Of a stretch of 64,000 bases of DNA, positions 53,125 through 64,000 are shown in pieces. Where the stretch lies: the NCBI GenBank assembly GCA_964016885.1, contig OZ024740.1:243288001-243352000 (forward strand), read 5' to 3'. The notes under the pieces are model-generated. The model was given only the letters and a program-made list of their open reading frames with translations, searched no databases and was not told the DNA's origin. The translations under genes and the position numbers were made by a program. Numbering within the stretch: the first letter of the stretch is position 1; each line of letters opens with the position of its first letter. Source of the stretch: Eledone cirrhosa (lineage: Eukaryota).

Positions 53125-53300
53125 TGTGGGTCGGCCGAAAAGTTCATAGGCTGACTATGAAGGCTTGATGCTAAAGCTGTGAAATCTTGCATGTATTAAT
53201 TGCAACTCTTCTTATTAATAACTGCATTGTTTCTTTCCAGGGACTATGTTGAAAAATAAACCACATTTGGTCATTACATGAACTTTGCAGCCAACCCTCA
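53125..53300. mobile_element. Tc1/mariner-type MITE
   Basis: TA|TGTGGGTCGGCCGAAAAGTTCAT ... ATGAACTTTGCAGCCAACCCTCA|TA. Confidence 0.7.
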
Positions 53301-53513
53301 TATACTAAAACATTTGTCACTAAATCTCAGATATGAACTCAGATTTCAACATCATGGGCTTATATTTATTACTATTTTATAATATCTAAAGCCCTGTGAG
53401 ACCGATATAGTGATATATAGAAAGAAATGAATGTCAACTAATTAAAAAAAACAATCTGCATTGCTTAAAACCTCTAAACTCACTCATTTTTCTCATCATA
53501 TTATATTTTTCAG

Positions 53514-54526
53514 ATCTAACTGTAGAGTGTGTTCATCTCTGGAATGAAGACAGTGAACTATACATGCACATTATGCATTTATCATGTGGTTTGGCTTGGA
53601 TGCTATCACCAATTATTGTAAACCCATTTCTGAAATCAAATCAAGGCATCTCGCCAGTCTCTTCGATTACATTTCCTGCAAACACTCACATTGCTAATCG
53701 ATCTGATGTTATAACAATAATGCCTCACTCATATGAAATCAATTTTCTCAACACATCACCAGGAGTCCCTCTAGAAAACCAGACAACAAAAATACAGTAT
53801 GCCTTTTTAATTGTTGGCATTTTCACTGTTGTTTCTGCTGTACCGTTTATTTTCAATTGTATCCAGAACAATTGCACTTCAACTAAACTACACCAGTGTT
53901 CTGAAAATGAAAATTTATTAACAGAAGGCAAAATAATTCCGCTTGGGCTTCTGATGTCATTCTATTTTTTCTATAACTGCCTACAATATGGAATCATTAT
54001 ATATTTCCCAACATTTTTGATCAAATATTTGAGTTGGTCAACAGAAAGAGCCTCTATAGCAACCTCTGTCTTCTGGGTATGTTTTGTTATTGGTAGATTC
54101 TTGGGAGTATTTCTTGTTAAAATATTTGGTACTAATAATATTTTTTTATTTGACCTGATTGTATTAAACATCAGTTACATTGTACTGCAGTGGTGTAAGT
54201 CCTCCCTGATATTAGTATGGGTTTTCTTTAGTATCTCAACATTTGCAATCTCTCGTCTGCTTCCTTCTAGTTATAACTGGGCTAAAAACAATTCTTTCAA
54301 TATAGAAGGTAAATTCACTGGAGCTACTCTCTTTTTTTCAATACTTGGTTTCCTTATTGGCCCTAGTTTTATTGCATATATGATGGATAAATACTCACCC
54401 TACTGGTTTCTTATAATTTCACTTGTTTGTGCTAATTTCTGTTTGGTTAGTATATTGCTAATGAATTTCAAATGTTGTCACAAGAACAAAGAAAGTAATG
54501 CTGTCAATTCTGCTCCCACATTATAG
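53514..54526 (+). CDS. MFS transporter, coding exon 3 (terminal)
   Basis: TTTTTCAG acceptor in the matching phase; HLWNEDSELYMHIMHLSCGLAWMLSP and FWVCFVIGRFLG; many TM segments; spliced CDS 189+286+1013 = 1488 nt = 495 aa. Confidence 0.92.
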
Positions 54527-54579
54527 CTGAGTATTAATCTTACTTATTACCTAATTATCATTAAATGTATTTATGACAA

Positions 54580-54775
54580 TGGATTGGCAGGGTTATTATG
54601 GTGTTGGACAAAATATTTTGCAGTAATTCATTATGACCATCTACATTTTGAGCTCTAATCTTGGCGATGTCAATTTTGCCTTTCATCCTCCCAGAGTCAA
54701 TAAAATAAAGTACTAGCCAAGTACTAAGACCAGATTTGTGGCCTTACACCTAAATTAGAAAGAATTAGAAACAAT
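54580..54775 (+). mobile_element. Diverged SINE family 1 in the presumptive 3' UTR
   Basis: TGGATTGGCAG head, GCCTTTCATCC core. Confidence 0.7.
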
Positions 54776-55834
54776 TATTATATGTGTTCATGAACAATAA
54801 CCTCATTTTGGCATATAAGTTTAAAGAAACATTCAATTATCCAAATAATAGTTCACTGTATTGTTGAATATAAGAGTAACAAGAGGTATTTCTAGACATG
54901 CCTTTGGAAATGTTGAACTGCATCTACTGAGATGATTCCAGTTGTAGCTTCCAGAAGTTTCTTTCATTGATAAGAAATATTATCCACCGTCTAGATGTTA
55001 CCAAGTTTTAGTAAAACATTTCTTCCCATCAAGACATAAATAAATACAATAAATGTTTCAATACATGGAACATTATGGTTAACTATTCTTCATTGGTCAA
55101 CATCACTTCTCGAATCACACACTACAACGAAAAACATGTATCCATACTATCTTCTATCTGCTGAAATCATTCTACCTGTCCACTTCAGGCTAACTATTTT
55201 CTTTCATTTGTACACATAAACAAACACACACACATATACATACATATATCTAATATATATGTTAATGAATAAACGTTTGAAAACCTTTAACTATAAATTT
55301 TAAAAGTGATGGTTGGTGCCATCTACCAATTTCCAACAGAAGCAAAGAAGTCACTGCATATAGTTTTAATACTTATGTATATGGGCTGATTAGCCTCAAT
55401 TGCATAAGGAACTGTAGTAGGCTAGATCAGCTTGAACAAGAAATAGCATTAAGGTGTTGTTCCAACATAGATGTATACAGACATGTATGTAAAGTTTGTA
55501 TATTGAATAATATAGGATATGGTTACGAATAAGCTTTCAAATGTTTATTTGTGTGACTTCATGTTACAAAAGAATGAGCCTTGAACATAAAATATATATA
55601 TATCAATACATGGTATTAGTAATGCACTAAAAAAAACTACCAGTTTCATAGTCATTATTGAAAAAATCATGTGCATGAGTCTTAATCATCAATTTTGAAT
55701 GTGTTGATAATGTATGCATTCCAAAATGACGATAAGGCATGACAGAATGCCTATACAGGTTTTGATAATGGAAAATACATGCTTTTGTCTACTGGAAGAT
55801 TTTTAATGTATTGCTAATAACATATATATATATA

Positions 55835-57183
55835 CTAGCAGAATGGCCTGGCATTGCTCAGGCTTCTAAACATAGATTGGCATGTTTATCCCACCTTTCT
55901 GAAACAGTACAGAGAAGTACGGAATACCTCGGCCTGGGGATGGTGTCTACATTTTGTGCTTAGGCAAATAATTTTCCATTAAGATTTTCCAAAAGCATGT
56001 AATTGCGTTCTCTCTCTTTTTTTGTTGTTGTTTTTGCTGCTGTTGGTGTGATAGCAGCCATTGGTCGTACTACTAACACAGTCTCGTCCTTCTTCAGCCA
56101 ATTGTGTATATCCCCTTCTGCCTCGTCTACCTAAACAATGATTGTAGCACCTCCTTGTACACAATGTTCCTTGTTCTTCCATGTCGGGCATATACAAAGA
56201 GATGTGTCTTGCTTCCCACTCTTGAGCAGCCAACATATAGTTGCCCGTGTGAAAAACATGACTCTTCCAAAAGAAGACTAGCAACAGCTAGGGTCTGACC
56301 CTGGGATTTGTTGATAGATATTGCAAAGCTGACACAGTTCGGCGAATGGTTCGTTGGTTGTCTGTTTCAAGTGCTCTTCTGGTAGCAGTACGTTCAGCAT
56401 CTTGCGACCGTCGAATAGCAGATTCCATTGACGATTCGTTTGCCCACCTTGTTCTTTTTCTTGCCACTTTCGCAGTATTTTGGCCAATGGAGTATTTCTT
56501 CCTTCGAGGCATGACCTAAGAGCAGGACGAAGTACACTAAGACTAACTGGTAGAGTAAGGCGTAAACTCGTCAGTGATGTATATGATTTCTGAACCGTTG
56601 ACTATGTAATTGCTGGCCTTGTGCCAAAAGTGGTGGGACTTTTTTGGTGGCATATTGGCAGTAACAATGACGATAAACCGTCTGTGCTTTCGTGAAATAG
56701 ATACGTTTGTTTATATTTTGTTTTTGTGTATGCAAAAATACATGTACACAAATATATAATTATATATATTAAAATAACAGATTAAAGTTTAAGCAAAGAA
56801 TCGCTGATTTCACCCTTAACGAGATCTTCTGAAACTAAAAAAATCAATCTGTGAACGCAGAAGTAAATATTTCGAAAAACGTTGCAACTGAAGGAAAACA
56901 GGATGGCGATACTTTGGTTCGTGAAGACGTTCCCTGGCAATGAATGGAAAATAGCGAAGATAATATGTCAGCAATGAGAACAATATTTGTCATAATGTCG
57001 TAATGCAGACATACAGACATACATTATAAGGGCGCCACGTTATAGCTATGTATCTATCTAAAAAGACAGACTAAGAAAGAGAGATCGATAACTGGCGCCT
57101 CGGAGTAGAAATGTGAATTTGTATAGACTTTGCAAAAATTAGGACACACACACACAGACAATTTCAGTTTTATATATGTATAT
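55835..57183 (-). mobile_element. Internally deleted Helitron retaining a RepHel N-terminus-like ORF
   Basis: Degenerate hairpin + CTAG at 55835; [44 protein letters not shown] (56288-56512); 5' part homologous to 22757-23220. Confidence 0.7.
56786..56836 (-). ncRNA. CAGAAGA-core hammerhead-like fold in a Helitron (partly decayed)
   Basis: AGTTT-CAGAAGA-TCTC gttaa GGGT-GAAA-TCAG..TTGC-TT-AAACT. Confidence 0.45.
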
Positions 57184-57464
57184 CGTGTTTATTATAGAAG
57201 TGGCTTCTGCAGAACTAGAACTGTTTCATTCAAAGGAAATCACAAGGAAAGCCAACTGTCCTTTAAAACTGGTGTATTTATATGTTTTCTGATGATTGGA
57301 GAAGTTAATAATTTTGGGGATGGATGGAGGTCATTAGCCAAGGGATTCTTTGAAAAAAACTATTTTTAGATATATCGACAGTCGATCGACTTTTCATCAA
57401 ATCGGACTAAGGAAACAATGTTTCCATTGGTCTTTCCAATTGATACTACTATCTATCCGTCACA

Positions 57465-57582
57465 ACTCCAGGTAGAAGGAGCAACGTGAAATAAAGTGTC
57501 TTGCCCAAGGACATAATGCATCGACCAGTCCTGGAATTGAACTCTCAACCTCACGATTGCGAATACAATTCTCTAACCACTC
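57465..57582 (-). mobile_element. SINE family 2 head and core
   Basis: GAGTTCAATTCC B box, GTCCTTGGGCAAGACACTTTATTTC. Confidence 0.75.
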
Positions 57583-57627
57583 ACATAATAAAAGAACAGA
57601 TAAAGGACAAGGTTTACACATGCATGC

Positions 57628-58260
57628 ATGTGCGCGCGATGTAGTGGGATCACAGGCACGCTATCAAGGAACATAGGTTTTATATGTGGCCGATGCTCAG
57701 GTGCAGTAAGTCGCAAGTGCCCACATGATACTAGCTCCTTCAAATGCCTTAACGGTTCTATACAAATAGTTGACAATTTCTGTTACTTGATGTTATCAGT
57801 AGTGGAGGAGGGTGTCATTGTCTTTGAGAGGTTCAATAGCGAAAGGTCAACTTTTAATACCTCGTCCCAGGTCTTCTTAGGTCTACCTACTCCAAGGCTA
57901 CCATCAATTTTGATCGACCTGCACTTTTTTATACAGCTGTCATCTACATATGCATCATATGACCATACCAGCACAATCTCCTTTCTAGCATACTGCATCT
58001 GATCTCTCTTAGTTCATTTATGCTTTGCCGTTCATTGGAGTATGCATGCTTCATTTCTTTCCAGTCTTCGTAGGTCCTCTGCACACAGTGCCCAGGTCTC
58101 ACTACTATGTAACATTGCTGTTCGTATACATGCGTCATACAATCTGCCCTTCATTTTAAGGGAAAAAAAACCTTTTGTATGTATATGCAAATCTCATCAT
58201 CATCATTTAACGTCCATCTTCCACATTAGCATGGGTTAGACGGGTTTGTTCCATTTGATG
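57628..58260. mobile_element. Rearranged RTE fragments in both orientations plus an RTE-type tail
   Basis: Plus 57628-57813 matches 50600-50785; minus 57814-58175 matches 50855-51258. Confidence 0.85.
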
Positions 58261-58474
58261 CGGGATTGGTCGGGAGACCATGCCTCGCTCATACGGAACT
58301 GTCTCTGTATGTATATATATATACATAATACATATACATACATACACACATACATATATATATATATACTAACAGTGGTTGTTAATAGTAAAGATAATAG
58401 TGATAACAACAGCAACAATAATAATAATTGTTTCTACTTTTTGGCACAAGGAACACTCCTTGAAACATAAGTAT

Positions 58475-59523
58475 TACATGTGTAAAGTTTGAAAACAGTC
58501 GGTTGGGTGGTTCTTGAGTTTTAGGGATTCAAACTCACACACACAGACAGACATCCTCAGTTTTATATATATAGACTAGCAGAAAACCACCCGGTGGGCG
58601 GTTTTCTGCTAGCAAATCTAGTGTATATACTGATATTGTTGAGATTTGGATGAGAAATGTTTTCGGCACCACATGTTCACCATCTCTCGGTGTGTCTTTT
58701 ATGCATGTATAAATATATATGTTATCTATACGGTGAAATCTTTGAAATAAATATATGTTAAAACGAAAAAGGTGAAAATAAATAACTGGCGGTTAGAAAA
58801 AATATTCCTATAAAATTTTAATCATACCATTAAGTGTGAATAAGGAAATATTTTTTTATTGTCAAAACAAATGTTCAAAAGTTAAACTTCAATTTTTTGA
58901 ATTATTTCCAATTTTTTCATGAAATTGAACACTAGACATTGGCTGCTGGAAATGGAAATTAAATCGTATTTAATTGTATTTAAATTTCTAACCTTATTTT
59001 ATTATTTATATTTTTTCAATAAGAAATAAAAAAAAACAACAAAAAAAAATTGAAGAAAAAAATTGAACAAATCAAACGTAGGTTATGGAACTGCGCAATC
59101 TGATTAATAAATTACCTCATCAGTAGCAACCTTCTTCAAATGGTCCTTATTATCAGCAGCAACAACCACAAATTCAATGGCAACCTTCTTCAAACCACAC
59201 ATTAAATGGCAACCTTCTTCGCATGGTGTCAAGTCAGAACCGCCTCGAACTGGTTACTTCTGGCTTGTGCAAGGTGTCTCTATAGCAACCAGCGATTCCT
59301 TCGGCCTCAGTGACCAAAGTCAGTGGAGAGGGGAAGGTAATATTTCTGTAGCACGTGTTTTAGCGTCTATTCACTCTCTCTCTCTCCCTCTCTCCTTCCC
59401 GCTATCCCCCACTCGTAGTCTGTCTCTTTCTTTCACTTTCACTCTCACTCTCTCTCTACGCACGTGTTTCCACTGTCGGACAGACAGACAGAGAAATTGC
59501 TGGTTATATATATATAAGTAGAT
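58475..59523 (-). mobile_element. Helitron-like pieces (5' TC ends near 58575 and 59523, CTAG hairpin 58576-58612)
   Basis: Minus-strand TCTATATATATAAAAC and TCTACTTATATA starts resemble the 23221 end; internal GCAACCTTCTTC repeats. Confidence 0.5.
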
Positions 59524-59529
59524 AATGAT

Positions 59530-59716
59530 TTCTAGTATAGGCACAAGGCCAGTAATTTGGGAAGAATTAAATCGACCCAGTATGTTACTGGTGCTTTATA
59601 TTATCGACCTCGTAAAGATGAAAGGCAAAGTTAACCTTGGCGGATTTGAACCCAGAACGTAAAGGGTTATAACTCCATGCTGCAAAGCATGGTGTCTGAC
59701 ACTACCGATACTGCCA
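59530..59716 (-). mobile_element. SINE family 1
   Basis: Reverse-orientation unit. Confidence 0.8.
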
Positions 59717-59723
59717 AAACCGG

Positions 59724-59895
59724 CACCAGGACCTGAAGTGAGAACTGTAATGAGATCAAGGTCGTCCCCATCGTCATAGGAGCACTGGGTTCTATCTCGA
59801 AGAGTTTCCAAGGCTGGCTAAAGACCATCACCCCCTTGTTTTGGAACACTTCAAAAGGCATGCCTAATTGGAATGGTAAGGGTCCTCTGAAGCTG
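59724..59895 (+). mobile_element. R4/Dong-like LINE C-terminal fragment
   Basis: IKVVPIVIGALGSISK...LQKACLIG.VRVL. Confidence 0.65.
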
Positions 59896-59970
59896 TGAGT
59901 AGCAGCTTGATATTGATTAGGGCAATTATTCTGGTTGAAAACATAAATGACTGAGATATCAAGTAAATAA

Positions 59971-61190
59971 TGATTTCTTTATTGGCTACTAGGGGACAAT
60001 ACAAAATGACAGGGATAGTGGAGGTTTACAATAAAATTGAGTAAAAAAAATAAATTGATAAAACCAATAAAATTTCCCCAATAGGGGGAGAATCACCCAG
60101 GCACCCCACTAATCCTGAACCACCCGATGCTTCAAGAGCGCCCCTCTCCTCCTCAAATCAACCAGCCTACAGGTGTATGCTCAGAATAGGCCTATTTACA
60201 CGGGCCATTCTTGCCCACCTTTTTTCAAATGTACTGGGTGGCAGCATTTCTCTCATCGCTCTCAACTTTATATCAAAGTGAAACTTGAAAAAGTTGATGA
60301 GGGTTTGGCCAAAGAGAAAAGTGCCTGTCTTCAGTCCTTTCAATCTGATCCACCACAACTTCTTTTGCTACAATGACCACACAGAGGAAAACTGTCTGCT
60401 CTTCTCAGCCAAAAGAAGGCAGCGGGGCGATCCTCAATATGGATTCGGTCGATAACCAGATCTGTTCTACATGCGACAACAGCTATTTGACATAACTTCA
60501 CAAGTCAGCAATGTATGGACACAGGACACGATTGTGTGCAGAACGGTTTCATCGCTCTGCATGCATCTCAAGCGGGTCCGTCAGACAGCACTTCCGTGCC
60601 TGTAGAGTTTCTCGAACTGGCAGTGCCCCCCGGTAGCAATGCCAAGCAAGGGATTTCTGGAAGTTATCCATAATCTATAGCTCGAAAGTGCTCTGGAACA
60701 GACAGGTGAGTTTGACTTTGTCAATGCCCAGAGCCTTTCAAAGAGCATTGTTGCATTTGCCCACTATTAATCCTCTATAGAACTCAACAGTAGAAGTTTC
60801 ATTGGCCACCTGGCTCTCAGTCTTGGTCTCTTCTTGACCCAGGACTGCAGCTCAGTCAAAGAGATGAGCTGTGGAAAGGCTTGTTTCACAAACGGTGACC
60901 ACACCTGTTCACTAGTTTAAGAAGAAAATCTAGAGATGTTGCAGCCTCAGCGCATGTTTGTGCATCATTAGCCATGGCATGCCCAGGTGCTGGCAGCAGA
61001 TGGGCCACCTCACCAACAGAACCTGTCCTCTCCATAAGAAGTTGCGGAGGAGCTGTTCCAATTTGGCAAGGTGTGAACGAGGGTCAGGCGGTAGTAGATG
61101 ACAGATGCGATGTATGCATTCACCACCCCCGCACGACCTTTAAGGGTCAGCCTCCTCTTGACTCATTTCTGGGTGAGAGTGGCTACCCTG
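59971..61190 (-). mobile_element. Older, 5'-truncated Tx1 copy
   Basis: Homologous to the ORF2 end of copies A/B (MDNFQKSLAWHCYRGA, WWIRLKGL); AATAAAGAAAT end. Confidence 0.85.
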
Positions 61191-61489
61191 ATCGTAATCT
61201 TGTCTCAATTCTTATCTTATTCAGCCTGTTATATAATAGGGTGTATAACCCAATAAAACTTAAGTACCTGTATATGTCACTGTTGCAACTAATTATATAT
61301 ATATATATATATATATATAACCATTGACACCATTTAAACAAGCAGTGAAGTTTGTTTATGTCCTGAATAAACAATGTCTTGTAGCTTACTTATTTGATGA
61401 AGATCAGCAGTAAAAAGTGCTGTACGTAGAGAAATATAGCAAACATAAAAATGATGATGACGATGATGATGATGATCTCTGCAAATTCT

Positions 61490-62749
61490 TCATGAAGAAG
61501 GCCAGAAAGCTGCAAAATTCACAACTCCATCTTCAACATAGGATGAAATATAATCAACATAGAGGTTTTTTACAGCTGCCTTCCTTAATTCATAAAGGAA
61601 ACCATAACGAGAGACAGAATGTCTTTGCCAGTAATTCTTCTCTTGCTTAGAATTCCAGACTGCACTAACAAATGGACTCTCTGCATTGTTAAAGAATTTT
61701 ACATAAATTAATGTCTGTCTGTTGTTTACCTGTTTTTTCAGTTCAAAAAGGAAATTATCAAGAGTTATACATAACCAGGACACAGTTTTAATGGAAGGTT
61801 CGGCTTTGGTATATACAGATGAAACAATGAGAGAATTATCAATAAACACCACAGATTGAATAATTAAATGCCATCCACTTTTCTTCAGCTCAGTAACTTT
61901 ATCAAGATGTTCCTCTGGACTTTGATAACTACAAACTTTCTGAGGAGCCACATTTATGGTTTCAAACACAATGAGGAAATTCAACTGCCCTTTATGGCAA
62001 TAATTCTCTAATAGTTTCACAGAGAAGCCGAGATCACATTGTTTACTGACAAGAATGTTGACGTTATCATCTGAAACATCAAGGCAAACTAATAACTGAT
62101 TGGTATCATTACTACTATGCCATACTATATTGAAATAGGTCGTGTCATTTAGTTGATGAGTGCTTAGCCAATGAATACTATAATTCAATGATACCATTGT
62201 ATCAATATGTGTCTGTAAGAGGTCATGTGGGATTATAATGGCAACAACTTGTTTTCTATCATCTGTCGATATATTTAATGAAAAATCACTCAAAGATTTT
62301 ATTTCCTGCCATAATGGCAGGTTAGGAATCGTACTCGCAGCATATCTAATTAATCCATTGAGGTCCATGTCTTTAGTCCAGGCATTAAACAATAACACCC
62401 AGGTAAGTCCAGTCTTGTCGTGCATCACTGTACACGATGTGCCTTCCATGGCACCAGTGTGTCCCCAAGAACAACCATTATCTTCCACCTCTAAACCAAA
62501 CCCATACCATTCATTACCGTTTTCATATTCAGGACAGTTAAGCATCATTTGGATGGTTTCCTTATCTAACAATTTCCATTGGTTATCAGACAAACAGTTG
62601 AATATATGGAGGACATTGCTGGCACTTGCTACCCAGCCACCGTAAGATTCTGCACCATCCATTTGTACCAAATTGGAATGGGGAAGTGTCCATCCTTGGT
62701 AAGCTTGGGACTTCCCCAGTTCTGACCAAAGCTTGTGATAATAATTCAC
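61490..62749 (-). CDS. Terminal exon of a beta-lactamase/serine-hydrolase-fold protein with polyglycine-hydrolase-like C-terminal repeats
   Basis: TTCCAG acceptor ending at 62750, uninterrupted 419 codons; YGGWVASA, WYGFG, WGHTGAMEGT, GLTWVLLFN; repeats ending YFNIVW, FLIVF, VSSVY, VSAVW, FAAFW. Confidence 0.85.
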   Translation of the reverse strand: MNYYHKLWSELGKSQAYQGWTLPHSNLVQMDGAESYGGWVASASNVLHIFNCLSDNQWKLLDKETIQMMLNCPEYENGNEWYGFGLEVEDNGCSWGHTGAMEGTSCTVMHDKTGLTWVLLFNAWTKDMDLNGLIRYAASTIPNLPLWQEIKSLSDFSLNISTDDRKQVVAIIIPHDLLQTHIDTMVSLNYSIHWLSTHQLNDTTYFNIVWHSSNDTNQLLVCLDVSDDNVNILVSKQCDLGFSVKLLENYCHKGQLNFLIVFETINVAPQKVCSYQSPEEHLDKVTELKKSGWHLIIQSVVFIDNSLIVSSVYTKAEPSIKTVSWLCITLDNFLFELKKQVNNRQTLIYVKFFNNAESPFVSAVWNSKQEKNYWQRHSVSRYGFLYELRKAAVKNLYVDYISSYVEDGVVNFAAFWPSS

Positions 62750-62924
62750 CTGGAATATAGAACAGATATATATTGGCAGAGAATTACAGTTTATGTTTTT
62801 GGTCTATCTGTTGAAGGGTATATTGTTGTTTAGAGAGGGAAGCGGAAAAATGAGGACAAAGAGAGGATAGTTGTCTAAATAATTAAATAGAAGTAGTGAT
62901 GGTGTTATTATTACTTGTAGTAAC

Positions 62925-63268
62925 AGCATAGTTACGTCCCTTTACGATCTGAGTTCAAATCCCGCCGAGGTTGACTTTGCCTTTCATCCTTACGGGGTTG
63001 ATAAAACAAAGTACCAGTAATGCACTGGGTAATTGCTGGCCTTGTGCCTAAAGTAAGAAACAATTATTTATTCAAGGCGGTGGATTGGCAGTATCGGTAG
63101 AGGGTTGGACGCCATGCTTTGAAGCATAGAGTTACCTCCCTGTATGATCTGAGTTCAAATCTCGCTGAGGTTAACTTTGCCTTGCATCCTTCCGGGGTCG
63201 ATAAAATAAAGTACCAGTAATGCACTGGGTAATTGCTGGCCTTGTGCCAAAAGTAGAAACAATTATTA
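62925..63268 (+). mobile_element. Two tandem SINE family 1 copies (62925-63066 truncated, 63076-63268 full)
   Basis: Match to 31034-31219. Confidence 0.9.
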
Positions 63269-63522
63269 CTTGTAGTAGTAGTAGTTGCAGTAGTAGTAAC
63301 CCTAACTATCACATAACAAACACCCAAGTTTACATTTCAAAGTCGGCTTGGAGCATGTAGTTGGAATTATCAAGTTATACATAGATGTTAAATGAAAAAA
63401 TCTGACGACCTTCATTTTAAGTGCACGTTCCTCACTTAAATGTACTTACAATCACACACATACAAAAATATATATATACATTTATAAATACATCCATATA
63501 TACAAATGCAGTTTGGGTTTGT

Positions 63523-64000
63523 GTCAGGTAAAAGTACCACAGACACCCCTTTTCCTTGTACAACAACTACAGGAGAAGTACCTAGCTAAAAGTAAACCCC
63601 TATACTTAGCTTTTGTTGACTTGGAGAAAGCATTTGACAGAGTCCCCCACGCCATTATCTGGTGGGCCCTTAGAAAACTAGGGGTTGATGAATGGCTTGT
63701 GAGAGCTATACAAGCCATGTATAAAGAAACAGTCAGCAAGGTTAGAATTAACAACAAATATAGTGAAGAATTTAGCATAAAAGTTGTTCATCAGGGCTCT
63801 TTCCTTAGCCCCCTCCTATTTATTATTGCCCTTCAGGCTATAACAGAGGAGTTCAAGACCGGCTGCCCATGGGAACTTCTCTATGCAGATGATCTAACAC
63901 TCATAGCTGAATTGATGGCTGAACTAGAGAAGAAATTCCAAACATGGAAGCATGGCCTAGAATCAAAAGGTCTTATAGTTAACTTGTCTAAGACTAAAGT
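63523..64000 (+). mobile_element. RTE-type LINE RT fragment, running off the window
   Basis: QLQEKYL..FVDLEKAFDRVP..LLYADDL; very similar to 50205-50480. Confidence 0.9.

Noticed and set aside
61490-62749. Bacterial contamination or a stand-alone intronless gene
   Set aside because: Begins at a canonical splice acceptor rather than ATG, has host-like AT content and is flanked by host SINEs

Overview
AT-rich, microsatellite-dense eukaryotic DNA, most likely from a coleoid cephalopod (Octopus-like). This taxonomic call is an inference from the SINE types and repeat landscape. Two host genes are supported: a complete 3-coding-exon MFS transporter (MFSD4/NAGLT1-like, 495 aa, + strand 45312-54526) and the last exon of a minus-strand beta-lactamase-fold protein with bacterial-type C-terminal repeats (61490-62749). 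Most of the rest is retroelements: an array of Tx1/L1 LINEs and RTE derivatives in (GATA)n/(TACA)n tracts, RTE, CRE and R4/Dong fragments, two tRNA-SINE families, Helitrons and MITEs. A (TA)n-rich zone (about 22-45 kb) is packed with Penelope-like elements (PLEs) and fold-back palindromes. The strongest unannotated signal is about 14 complete type I hammerhead ribozyme folds plus several half-motifs, read by eye. They include long helix II insertions, a recurrent non-canonical class (unpaired 10.1/11.1 plus a UU cleavage site), and a CAGAAGA-core variant carried inside Helitrons. All folds and family calls are by-eye and untested; repeat boundaries are approximate.
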